From the IMG/VR virus record IMGVR_UViG_3300045109_000002, positions 1-55,239 of that record: DNA of 55,239 nt; one strand, given 5' to 3'. A program made the translations under genes and the position numbers. This stretch comes from a virus. Taxonomy: Duplodnaviria > Caudoviricetes. Shown one piece after another: positions 45,396 through 54,150 of the stretch. The notes below the pieces were generated by a model. It searched no databases, was not told the origin of the DNA, and worked only from the letters and a program-made list of their open reading frames with translations. How positions within the stretch are numbered: position 1 is the first letter of the stretch; each line of letters starts with the position of its first letter.

Positions 45396-46343
45396 ATGGC
45401 CGACCAGGGAAATCCACGACGCATTTCGCTAGGCCCCAAGTGTGACTGTATCTATGGAAAGTCCGGCGCGACCAAGACCACCAACGTGGGGCGCATGGCC
45501 GAATACATCCACGACAAATATGGTGAGAAGACCCGCCTCGTGACGGCAGACCCCGGTGGTTGGCAGTCAATAGAACACCTCGTAGAGGCAGGCATCGTCG
45601 AAGCGTACCAGCTAACCCAGTCTCACAAATTCCCACTCGAATCCATGATGCGCCTATCTCAAGGCTGGTGGCCTGACGCCAACGGCAAGCTGGCGCCAAA
45701 CTCCATGACCGGCATCGGGGGGTTCGCCTTCGAGGGTATGTCCACCTTCTCGACCATGATTATGTCTAACCTGGTCGGCAGACAGGACATTCATATCCCC
45801 GACACGCCCAAGGAATCCTTCGTGAAGGACGAGGAGCTACGTTGGGGCTTCAGCGGACGCGCTCACTTCGGATTTATCCAGCAGCGCATCTACGAGATTG
45901 TCGCCACCTCAAACCACTTGCCCGTACACAAGGTCTTGTGGACCGCCCACGAAACTGATGCTCAGGACGCCACCAAGAAGGCCATCTATGGTCCGTACAT
46001 CATAGGCGCCGCCATGACCGGATTATGCGGCGCTTGGTTCGGTGCCATGTTGCACTTATTCAGTACGCCGCGACAGGTGACCATCGACGACCCGGTGGAC
46101 AAAACTAAAAAAGTGAGCGTGGTGCGTCGCGTCCCAATGATGTACCTACGTGAGCACATCGACCCTGACGACCCTTACAAGGTGCCGTATCTCGCGAAAC
46201 CTAGAGGTCCCTACACCATGTGGGCGGACTGGCCGGACGTGATGCCGCCTGATATGCATTTGTTTTACACCAAACTTGACGACATGGGAGCGCGGGCTAT
46301 CGCTGCCATCCGCGCCAAGCAAGCTCAAGGAGGAACCAAGTGA
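45396..46343 (+). CDS. Sak4/AAA_24-like recombination ATPase
   Basis: IYGKSGATKT Walker A, LWTAHE, YGP; lies near the Cas4-like nuclease and SSB-like gene. Confidence 0.75.
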   Translation: MADQGNPRRISLGPKCDCIYGKSGATKTTNVGRMAEYIHDKYGEKTRLVTADPGGWQSIEHLVEAGIVEAYQLTQSHKFPLESMMRLSQGWWPDANGKLAPNSMTGIGGFAFEGMSTFSTMIMSNLVGRQDIHIPDTPKESFVKDEELRWGFSGRAHFGFIQQRIYEIVATSNHLPVHKVLWTAHETDAQDATKKAIYGPYIIGAAMTGLCGAWFGAMLHLFSTPRQVTIDDPVDKTKKVSVVRRVPMMYLREHIDPDDPYKVPYLAKPRGPYTMWADWPDVMPPDMHLFYTKLDDMGARAIAAIRAKQAQGGTK

Positions 46344-46543
46344 GTAGCGCACTAGCAGGAACAAGAGCTAACTACAAATGGTCGCTGATAAGGAAGTGGG
46401 TCACGTTGATGCGGCTGGATGTTGTGGAAGCAGCCACCAAAGAAGCGTTCAAAAAGTATCCGCTTCCCGAGTCCGAAGGTGGGGACAAAAGACGCGGCCC
46501 GGCACTGACCCTGCCGGAATCGTTGCGTAATATCAAACAGTAA
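46340..46543 (+). CDS. Hypothetical protein
   Basis: GGAGG RBS and GTGA overlap. Confidence 0.55.
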   Translation: MSSALAGTRANYKWSLIRKWVTLMRLDVVEAATKEAFKKYPLPESEGGDKRRGPALTLPESLRNIKQ

Positions 46544-46599
46544 ATATATAGGAGGCCCTTAGGGCGAGGGGGCAGGATGTACGCAAAATGGAGGAACAA

Positions 46600-46830
46600 A
46601 TGAGCGAAGTGTTACGAGGTAAGCTGTTTGAGTATGTCGTGCTTTTTCATCCCAAGCAGACCAGAGAACAGAACGACCGCAACGAAAGCCCGAAGTCGGA
46701 AATTGTCATCAAGCCGACCCAAGTGCTGGCGACCAGCGAAGCGCAAGTGTCTATCCTGGCGGCCAAGGCCATCCCCGATACGCACCTTGACCACTTGGAG
46801 GACATCGAGATCGCTGTCCGCCCTTTCTAG
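46600..46830 (+). CDS. Small phage protein ending VRPF, with predicted -1 frameshift extension to 47108
   Basis: GGAGGA RBS; slippery C-CCT-TTC immediately before the TAG. Confidence 0.75.
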   Translation: MSEVLRGKLFEYVVLFHPKQTREQNDRNESPKSEIVIKPTQVLATSEAQVSILAAKAIPDTHLDHLEDIEIAVRPF

Positions 46831-47104
46831 CACCGCGCGCTGGTGCTGGTGTCGGCTCCGCGTCAAGCTCAGGCGCAAGCGCACCAGCAAAAAGGCCAGC
46901 CGCGACGGTGCGCCGAAGTGACTTGAGCAGGGAGCTGGAGGAGTACAAGAAGTTAAGCGCTATAGGTGGTGCGCCGTGGGCTGGCGCCGCTACTATGACT
47001 GGTAACAGCACCAGCTTCACCAGTTCACCGTCGGTGACTTTCAGCAACACGTCGACTTCCAATGTCTACAATGCAGCCGCAGTGCTGCGGAAAGGGGCCA
47101 TCAA

Positions 47105-47317
47105 GTGAAGCTCGGCCCACAAGGTACTCACAGCGACGGCAAGTTGCGGCCTGACGACAAAGGTGACTTGAGGATTGCTGTCAGCCACACAGAGAAGTAC
47201 GTTGAGGTGCATTTCGGCGCCAGCGTGGGATGGCTGGCCATGCCGCCGCATCAGGCAAGAGACATTGCAGCAGCGTTGGTGAAGCACGCCGACGAAATCG
47301 AAAGGAAGGTAGCATGA
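47105..47317 (+). CDS. Small phage protein
   Basis: GKLRPDDKGDLRIAV...VHFG..V.WLAM. Confidence 0.7.
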   Translation: MKLGPQGTHSDGKLRPDDKGDLRIAVSHTEKYVEVHFGASVGWLAMPPHQARDIAAALVKHADEIERKVA

Positions 47318-47955
47318 GCGACATGAGTCTTGAGCAGTTGCTGGCCGAGTTGAGTCACGAGGATGCCCCGCCAGAGTTTGACTGGGCGGCTCCTGAAGCC
47401 GGAGCATTCGCACCCGCCATCCAGCCCGGCACCTACGAGTTTATCGCCAGCGTGCGCACCGACGCTGACGTGCAAGGGTTCGGGAAGATGGAGTATCAGG
47501 GTCATAAGTACCTGACAGCCGTCTTAGACTTCGAGGTGCTGGTGCCTGGCAAGGACCCTGTCAAGGTGACTTATCAGCGCGTCAACACCTTCAAACACGA
47601 AAAGGTGGCCATCAGTTCGATGGGCGAGTTGCTCAGGTCGCTGTCGCTGCATACACAGCTTCCTGACCGGCCCACCGATGCCGACATCGTCAGGACTCTT
47701 CAGGCCAACAGCGGACGCGCCAGGGGCAGGGGTGAAGCGGCTTGGCGCTTCTACTGCAAGGCGCACCAGCTCACCATCTCCACCGCACCGCGCAAACGCA
47801 AGGGCATCAAGGACACGCCGTGGCCCCGGCGGGCGGATGGCTCGCTCGAATTGACAGTGTCGTGCCCCCAAGATGGCGCGAGCGCCAACAAGAGCTATGG
47901 GCAGGTGGAGTTTATTCGCTACTTTACCGCGAAGAGTGAAGCAGCGTCATCTTAG
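47314..47955 (+). CDS. Putative single-stranded DNA-binding protein (DUF669-like)
   Basis: APAIQPGTYEF pattern; position between the Sak4-like gene and the polymerase. Confidence 0.5.
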   Translation: MSDMSLEQLLAELSHEDAPPEFDWAAPEAGAFAPAIQPGTYEFIASVRTDADVQGFGKMEYQGHKYLTAVLDFEVLVPGKDPVKVTYQRVNTFKHEKVAISSMGELLRSLSLHTQLPDRPTDADIVRTLQANSGRARGRGEAAWRFYCKAHQLTISTAPRKRKGIKDTPWPRRADGSLELTVSCPQDGASANKSYGQVEFIRYFTAKSEAASS

Positions 47956-47977
47956 TCGGAAGTCTCGGCTAAGCACC

Positions 47978-48017
47978 GGGGACGGCGTGTCAGGAGGAGC
48001 GCTGTCCCTTCTGTTTT
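47978..48017 (+). terminator. Intrinsic terminator
   Basis: GGGACGGCG/CGCTGTCCC stem followed by TTCTGTTTT. Confidence 0.6.
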
Positions 48018-48026
48018 GGAGGCCGC

Positions 48027-48281
48027 ATGCACAAAGTAATGCGAAACTACTGGATTGGCGTGGCGCTGATGGTTGGCAACACGCTGCTGTTGGCTCTCAA
48101 CGTTTATAGGCACAACTGGTGGGCAGTAGCGGTGAATGGCGCCACCGCCATCGGCGTAGCGCTAGGCATGAAATGGCTGATCGAGACGGCCCATTTTGTC
48201 GGCTACGGTGATGGGCTCGACTGGGCCAAAGACACGTTGCGAGAGACTATGAATGCAGCCACAAGGTCCACATTGCGGTAG
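48027..48281 (+). CDS. Two-TM small membrane protein
   Basis: Two hydrophobic segments; GGAGG RBS. Confidence 0.6.
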   Translation: MHKVMRNYWIGVALMVGNTLLLALNVYRHNWWAVAVNGATAIGVALGMKWLIETAHFVGYGDGLDWAKDTLRETMNAATRSTLR

Positions 48282-51200
48282 TTGCCCTTACAGCTCAGGC
48301 GAACGCTTCATCCCTGCCGATGGCAGTGGCAGCAGTGGCATCCTGCTGGTTGGCGACAGCCCATGGGTTGACGAAATAGCCGCTGGGCGCCCTTTCGCTG
48401 GCGCCGCTGGCCGCACCCTCGACCGCATCCTCTCGCTCATGCCTGGCGGTGGGATGGCTCGTGGCGACCTCACTGTTGCCAACACCATCTGGTGCAAGCC
48501 TCCATACCTGCGCTGGATGGACAAGCCCCATCGTGACGCTGTTGCGGCCATCGAACACTGCCGCCCCAACCTGGACGAGCTTATCTACGCACGCAAGCCC
48601 AAGGTCATCGTCCCCATGGGCAACGTGGCACTGAGGAGGGTTTGTGGCGTATCGGGCATTGAAGAACGCGCTGGCTACGTCCTACCAACGCCTTATGGCA
48701 TCCCTGCGGTGCCTACGTATCATCCGGCTTATATTCAGCGTGGTAAGCAAAACCTCGTACCAGTTGTCCTTTGGGCGCTCCAGCGGGCGGGGCAGATTGC
48801 CGATGGTTCATTCACTCCATCTGTATATTCGCTGCTGGTGGACGCTCCTCCCGAAAGTGTGCGCGATTACCTGGCGTCATCGGGAAGCCATATACCAAGC
48901 CTCTTCGTTGACATTGAAACTCCCGAATCCGCTGCCCTAGACGAGGAGGACCTGGAGGAGGATGGCCCATCGTATACCATCGTCCGTGCAGGTTTCTCGG
49001 TGCGTGCTGGGACGGCCTGTTCATTCCCGTGGGAGCAGCCTTACATAGACATCATGCGTGAGGCCCTCTCGCGCGCTGAGGAGGTCGTAGAATGGGCGGA
49101 CCATCACTTCGATACCCGAAGACTTGCTGCGGCGGGCCTCGCGATGCCTGCCAGGATTGTATCGGCCATGTGGGCGTGGCACTGGTTGCAAAGCGATTTG
49201 CGGAAAGGGTTAGGTCTGGTGGCGCCATTTTTCTATGCCGGGCCGCCTTGGAAGCACTTGAGCGCAGCCGAGCCGGGGCGCTACAACGCCTTAGACAACG
49301 CGATTGGATTCGACTGCTACTCAGGTACACGGGCAGCGTTACAATCCCAGGGAAGGTGGGACGCCTTTAACAGGCACTGCGTAGACTTCGCTCCTGTCCT
49401 CCAAGCGATGGGCCGCAAAGGCTTGCGTATCGACCGTGCTTACCAGACGGCCTTCATGGCTCAACTTGAGACTGAGTGGGACGTATCGAACACCAAGTTG
49501 CAGACCTTCGTCCCTGACGCCATCAAACCACGCAAACAGTGGAAACGCCCCCCGAAGGACTTGACCGGCGTCACCGAACTGCCTGTGCCTTCACCAGAGC
49601 AACAAATGATTCTCACCGGCGCCGCAGATAAACTAGGTGAGCTACTGGCCGACCTGTCTGCACCTGGTGCTGGTCGCTCGTCGTCCTACCCGGACGACTC
49701 GCTCCATATAACTGAGAGTGCTCACAAGCGCCTGACCGTCACACCTTACCGTTACGAACGCATCGAGCCTTTCAATCCCGACAGTTGGCCGCAAGTGACG
49801 GCCCTCGCGAAGCACTTAGGTATCAAACTGCCACCGCGTGAATCGGCCAAGGAGAGCGACGAAGAAGCCCTCGCAACGGACAAGAAAACTCTAGGCAAGT
49901 ACGCCAAAAAGTACCCCGCCATCGCCTGCATCCTGAAGTGCCGCGAACGCTGGAAGCTCATTTCGACTTATAAGTGGAAGCTCGACGCAGACGACCGCGT
50001 CCACTATGTGCTGGGGTACCACCCGTCGACATGGCGTTTATGTATCGCTGAAGGCACTCCCGTGGAGATTGCCAGAAACCTACGGACTAACCCTGACGCA
50101 CCACCTATTGAAAAGGTGAAGCCTGGTGATTGGGCTTACACCTATGATAACGCTGGTAGGCTTACCGTTCGTAAGGTTGCATGGGTCAAAAAGACCGGCA
50201 TCCGTAAAGTGGTCCGTGTCCATTGGGAGGCAGGGTACGGGCCGACAATGCGGCAGGGTTATACTGACATGACGCCGGACCACCTTGTGCGGCTTGCCGA
50301 CGGTTCATGGAAAGAGGCTCAACGATTAACCCCCTATAATAAAGGGACGTGGAAGCACCGAGGTTATCCTAAAGGCGGCAAAGGTGATTCTTTGACGGCC
50401 ATGAAGCGTGGTGTCACGACTGCTCTAGGATATTCCATACTGCACACCACAGGGCGTCGTGAAGCCGTTAGAGACAACCGCGTCGTCTACGAAGGAGCTA
50501 CCGGTAAATACGCGGAGCACGTCCACCATATAGACGGTGACAAACTGAACAATCTACCAGACAACCTGCAAGGGTTGGACCGTGACGAACATGGGCACTT
50601 AACAGGGTCGGAGAGGTGGGCAAGGGAGGTAACAACAGCCAAGCGCGTAGGCCCAATGCAGGCACAAGCCCGTAAAGAGCTGCGAGAGCATCTGGAGCGT
50701 ACAAAGTATCCGAAGCCAGTACCATACTGCCGGTACGTACCGAACAACCATCGCGTCATGAGAGTCGAGAAGTTGGATACCCCTGTTCCGGTGTACGATT
50801 TGGAGGTAGAAGAGACTCATAACTTCATTGCTGGAGAAATATGCGTACACAACAGTTGCCGAAACGCAAACCTGCAAACCATCCCCAAGCGCAGCGACCT
50901 AGCGCGCCTCTTCAGGCGCATGATCGTCGCGACACCGGGCCACAAACTGATCGAGGGAGACTCGGCGGCGATAGAGGCAGTCTTGGTTGGCTACTTCGCC
51001 GGGTCGGCACGATACAGGCGGCTGGCCAAGTGTGGCGTACATGGGTGGCTTACAGCGAAACTGCACGGATTGGAAATCCCCCTGACCCTGGAGGACTCCG
51101 AGTTGCAGAGGCAATCGAAGCTCTCGAAGAAACAGTGGCCCGAGGATTACGAGAAGATGAAACGCGTGGTGCACCTGTCAAATTACCTCGGCACAAAAAG

Positions 51201-51741
51201 GCGCATCCATGAGGAATATCCTGACGACTTCCCGACTGAGCGCGAAGCCGCTAAGCTACAGCAATTCTACCTTGGCAGCGACCCCGGCCAAGACGTGCGC
51301 GCCTGGCAAAAAGCCACCGTCGAACTGGCCCATGCCTCGAAAGCGCTCGAAAACAACTTCGGCCTGCGCCACCGTTTTTATAGCCTGTATGCCTGGAACG
51401 CCCGCCGCTCGACGTGGGAATTCGGCGACGACGCCAAGCGGGCTGTTGCGTTCCGCCCACAGTCTGCTGCTGCGGCCATCCAGCGCATCATCGTGCAACG
51501 CCTGCTGGAACGCATGCCTCAAGCGCTCCAATGGCTCTGCCTGCTGGTCCACGACTCCATCATCGCCGACGTGCCGGACGCTCATGTCGATGAGTACTGT
51601 ACAGCCCTCTACGAAGCGATGACCTCGCCCATCGACGAACTCGAAGGGCTGACCATTGGCGCTGAGATGCTGATGGGCGACAACGCCGCGCCAGCCGACC
51701 AGGACAACGAAAAGGGCATGCGCGAGTGGCTGCCACGTTAG
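48253..51741 (+). CDS. polA: Family A DNA polymerase with N-terminal family-4 uracil-DNA-glycosylase domain and 3'-5' exonuclease; contains an intein
   Basis: UDG: CGSC, GDSP...GRPFAGAAG, TYHPAY. Exonuclease: DIET, HFD, YNALD. Polymerase: motif A EGDSAAIE, motif B KRVVHLSNY, motif C VHDS. Confidence 0.92.
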   Translation: MQPQGPHCGSCPYSSGERFIPADGSGSSGILLVGDSPWVDEIAAGRPFAGAAGRTLDRILSLMPGGGMARGDLTVANTIWCKPPYLRWMDKPHRDAVAAIEHCRPNLDELIYARKPKVIVPMGNVALRRVCGVSGIEERAGYVLPTPYGIPAVPTYHPAYIQRGKQNLVPVVLWALQRAGQIADGSFTPSVYSLLVDAPPESVRDYLASSGSHIPSLFVDIETPESAALDEEDLEEDGPSYTIVRAGFSVRAGTACSFPWEQPYIDIMREALSRAEEVVEWADHHFDTRRLAAAGLAMPARIVSAMWAWHWLQSDLRKGLGLVAPFFYAGPPWKHLSAAEPGRYNALDNAIGFDCYSGTRAALQSQGRWDAFNRHCVDFAPVLQAMGRKGLRIDRAYQTAFMAQLETEWDVSNTKLQTFVPDAIKPRKQWKRPPKDLTGVTELPVPSPEQQMILTGAADKLGELLADLSAPGAGRSSSYPDDSLHITESAHKRLTVTPYRYERIEPFNPDSWPQVTALAKHLGIKLPPRESAKESDEEALATDKKTLGKYAKKYPAIACILKCRERWKLISTYKWKLDADDRVHYVLGYHPSTWRLCIAEGTPVEIARNLRTNPDAPPIEKVKPGDWAYTYDNAGRLTVRKVAWVKKTGIRKVVRVHWEAGYGPTMRQGYTDMTPDHLVRLADGSWKEAQRLTPYNKGTWKHRGYPKGGKGDSLTAMKRGVTTALGYSILHTTGRREAVRDNRVVYEGATGKYAEHVHHIDGDKLNNLPDNLQGLDRDEHGHLTGSERWAREVTTAKRVGPMQAQARKELREHLERTKYPKPVPYCRYVPNNHRVMRVEKLDTPVPVYDLEVEETHNFIAGEICVHNSCRNANLQTIPKRSDLARLFRRMIVATPGHKLIEGDSAAIEAVLVGYFAGSARYRRLAKCGVHGWLTAKLHGLEIPLTLEDSELQRQSKLSKKQWPEDYEKMKRVVHLSNYLGTKRRIHEEYPDDFPTEREAAKLQQFYLGSDPGQDVRAWQKATVELAHASKALENNFGLRHRFYSLYAWNARRSTWEFGDDAKRAVAFRPQSAAAAIQRIIVQRLLERMPQALQWLCLLVHDSIIADVPDAHVDEYCTALYEAMTSPIDELEGLTIGAEMLMGDNAAPADQDNEKGMREWLPR
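50041..50853 (+). mobile_element. Intein (271 aa) with HNH endonuclease domain
   Basis: Starts CIAEGTPV, block B TPDH, HVHHIDGDKLNN...NL, ends VYDLEV..THNF...VHN/S; interrupts the conserved RL|SxxxxNLQxIP motif. Confidence 0.92.
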
Positions 51742-51779
51742 TTACTGACGGGTATACTTGTGCCGAAAGGTGTTCACCG

Positions 51780-52001
51780 ATGAAGTTCAAGGACGCTGAC
51801 GAGGAAGAGTTCGCTACACAAATCTGCATCGTACATGACGACAAAGGCCAGCCCCATGTCATCACCTACGACATGATGGACAAGCCCGACCAGATAGCTG
51901 AGTTGCTCAACCTTAAGACAGGCGAAATGTTTAGCATTGGTGTGTACCAGTTGCTGGGTACGCCGCGCTTCGTGAAAAGAGGGAAAGGTTCCCTGCAATG
52001 A
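51780..52001 (+). CDS. Hypothetical protein
   Basis: AAAGGTG RBS; MKFKDADEEEF. Confidence 0.55.
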   Translation: MKFKDADEEEFATQICIVHDDKGQPHVITYDMMDKPDQIAELLNLKTGEMFSIGVYQLLGTPRFVKRGKGSLQ

Positions 52002-52060
52002 GGGGGAAATCGCTTGACAACTAGGCCACGGGGGGCGCAGCATTCACAGGTGAGGCCCGC

Positions 52061-52504
52061 ATGCGACCGAAACATCCCGTCAAGGTACTGATTCTCGCCA
52101 TAGCGCTTACTAGTGCCACCTTCTACCCCAGCGCCTGCGTCAAAGGCTCTGTTACTCACAAAGCTACCGTCGGCCAGCACACCCTGCGCGAAGCTGTTGG
52201 TGCCTTCCAAGACGCTGAAATAGCCGAGTTCCACCAAGGTTTCGTGCCCCCTGACACGCACCTGCGCATCCAAACGGTCATCCAAAAGATCGCCATGGCC
52301 GCCGTGGACCTTGACAACTCCCTCGCCAGTGGCGCCACCGCTGCCTCCTTCAAGGCCAAGTTCGACGCCATCTACACTCTGCTCGACTCCCTCAACACTG
52401 ACGGCATCTTGGGCATCAAAAATCCCACCACCAAGCAGACCCTCGAAGTCGCCCTAGACGGCATCCGCGCCATCGTCGATAACATTCTCGTCGGGGTAAA
52501 GTGA
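52061..52504 (+). CDS. Putative lipoprotein
   Basis: Basic N-terminus, hydrophobic stretch, lipobox-like PSAC, helical body. Confidence 0.6.
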   Translation: MRPKHPVKVLILAIALTSATFYPSACVKGSVTHKATVGQHTLREAVGAFQDAEIAEFHQGFVPPDTHLRIQTVIQKIAMAAVDLDNSLASGATAASFKAKFDAIYTLLDSLNTDGILGIKNPTTKQTLEVALDGIRAIVDNILVGVK

Positions 52505-52511
52505 GCTAAAC

Positions 52512-52718
52512 ATGCCCGAAATGATACTGAAGATTCTGCAAATGCTGCTGATCGCCGAGCCTGCGGTCGTCAGCGCCATACATAACCTGATGACCGGCAC
52601 CGGCACCGCCGACGACCTAGCCGTCCTGAAGGCCGACGCCATCGCTTGGCAGGCTATTGCCGACAAGGCGGCGGCGGAGATTGCCAAGGGTAAGCCTCCA
52701 GCGCCAGTTACACAGTGA
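52512..52718 (+). CDS. Small hydrophobic/amphipathic protein
   Basis: Follows the lipoprotein gene. Confidence 0.6.
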   Translation: MPEMILKILQMLLIAEPAVVSAIHNLMTGTGTADDLAVLKADAIAWQAIADKAAAEIAKGKPPAPVTQ

Positions 52719-52916
52719 CTTTGGCTGTCTGCGGTTTCACCCACAACCGCACGTAGTTAGCGAATTCGCGGGTATGTCTGCACCGCCGCAAGAGCGTGGA
52801 ATGACAGGCAGCCAAACAACTTTGACGGTGCGCCTAGCCAGCGCTAACGAACCAGAAGGGCGTGCCAGCGGCAATGGCCAAGGTTGCAAGACGCTCCTCT
52901 CGCCGTCAAAACCATT

Positions 52917-52990
52917 GGCCTTGTAGCTCAACCGGATAGAGCAGCGGAGTTCTAACCCGCCGGTAGCGAGTTCGACTCTCGCCAGGGCCA
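52917..52990 (+). tRNA. tRNA-Arg (anticodon UCU), CCA not encoded
   Basis: Acceptor GGCCTTG/CAGGGCC, D arm GCTC/GAGC with A20, anticodon loop GTTCTAA, T arm GCGAG-TTCGACT-CTCGC. Confidence 0.88.
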
Positions 52991-53048
52991 CTAGTTTTCA
53001 CGGTGAGCCTCCCGTGACAAGAAGGAGGCAGGTTAGCCACGATGGCTT

Positions 53049-53089
53049 GAAGGGGCTGCGCCTCCTCGACTGGTGCGGCCCTTTCTTTT
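53049..53089 (+). terminator. Terminator between convergent units
   Basis: GGGCTGCGCC/GGTGCGGCCC stem followed by TTTCTTTT. Confidence 0.7.
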
Positions 53090-53594
53090 ATCCAGTGAAC
53101 GAAGCAAGGCGCTTGTCGATGAGTTCAAACACTGCTGCCATCCCACCCTCTTTGAAGGTGTAGCGCATCTCGTCATCCGGCGTAGCAGGCAGTTCGCGCA
53201 GATAAAAATGTGCCCGGTCGGGGAACATCCTCCACTCTGCGCCCTCGGCCAACTGACAATCTTTGGCTAGCAACAGCACCCACTTCCAGCTTACATCCAG
53301 GGCGTCCCAGTCCGGCGTGAATGCGGGCATGCCTTCCTTGCCAGGCACGATGTCCACCGCATAAGCCATATTGTGTGCCGAATGCCCGCCTTGCGCGTTG
53401 GTCACTATTGCCCCTGGGAGGGTACGCCCCTTGGCGTAGAGCAAGTCTTGTTCCGCCCAGGTGCGCAGCCCACATGTCACTCGCAGGGGCACACCATTCG
53501 CTTCACACTTGTCGTTGAGTGACCTGATGCGGCGCGCCAGCTCAGGGTGGACCTCGTTCAATCTAGCTTCTGAGATGTTGTCGAGCATGCTCAA
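53088..53594 (-). CDS. Endolysin, peptidase M15 (L-Ala-D-Glu peptidase type)
   Basis: GLRTWAEQDLLYAKGRT.PG.IVTNA.GGHSAHN..AVD...DRAHF. Confidence 0.92.
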   Translation of the reverse strand: MSMLDNISEARLNEVHPELARRIRSLNDKCEANGVPLRVTCGLRTWAEQDLLYAKGRTLPGAIVTNAQGGHSAHNMAYAVDIVPGKEGMPAFTPDWDALDVSWKWVLLLAKDCQLAEGAEWRMFPDRAHFYLRELPATPDDEMRYTFKEGGMAAVFELIDKRLASFTG

Positions 53595-53597
53595 GCC

Positions 53598-53849
53598 TCA
53601 CCGTTTCGGCAAATTCGTGATGACCACGTCGAGTTTAGTTTCGAGCTTGTCCAGTCGGCGGGAAATCTCTTCCTTGATTTCGCGGAACCCCTGCGTGGCC
53701 TCTTCGAGCTTCTGGAGGCGCCGTTCATGGTCTTCCACGGTGAATTTGATGGTCCCGTAGACGATACCGAAGCCGACGAGTTGCAGTGCCAACCACAGAA
53801 GGACGTGGACCCATTTGAGGGTGATGCCAGGCTTCCCATTTTCGTTCAT
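53598..53849 (-). CDS. Single-TM coiled-coil protein, candidate holin/lysis accessory
   Basis: TM segment followed by a heptad coiled coil, directly upstream of the endolysin. Confidence 0.55.
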   Translation of the reverse strand: MNENGKPGITLKWVHVLLWLALQLVGFGIVYGTIKFTVEDHERRLQKLEEATQGFREIKEEISRRLDKLETKLDVVITNLPKR

Positions 53850-54130
53850 GCTTTAGGCGCTCCAAGAGGTGGTATCGCTGGGGATGTGGCATTCGTTTGC
53901 GAAATACCCTTGTAGACTTCTGATGTTGTGTCGGCATTTTTCCTCCAGCACAGGGCACAGTCTGGTCCACAAGCGTGGTCTGCTGTTTCGCCTTCGCCCT
54001 CCATCACCAGGGCTTTGTATAGGCTCAGGTCGGGCACCATGTAGGTCTCCTTGAACATGTTGCGGGCCGTCCACATCAGATACCCGTATTCGTACTCGTC
54101 TTTGGGCCAGTGTCGACCTTCTGTAAGCAT
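53846..54130 (-). CDS. Hypothetical protein
   Basis: Operon position; ATGA overlap with the next gene. Confidence 0.5.
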   Translation of the reverse strand: MLTEGRHWPKDEYEYGYLMWTARNMFKETYMVPDLSLYKALVMEGEGETADHACGPDCALCWRKNADTTSEVYKGISQTNATSPAIPPLGAPKA

Positions 54131-54150
54131 CTATCCCCTAAAGCTGCAAC

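Noticed and set aside
52917-52990. Amber suppressor reading (CUA appears in TTCTAA)
   Set aside because: The stem register gives UCU at positions 34-36, the D-loop has the Arg identity A20, and TAG is used as a normal stop.
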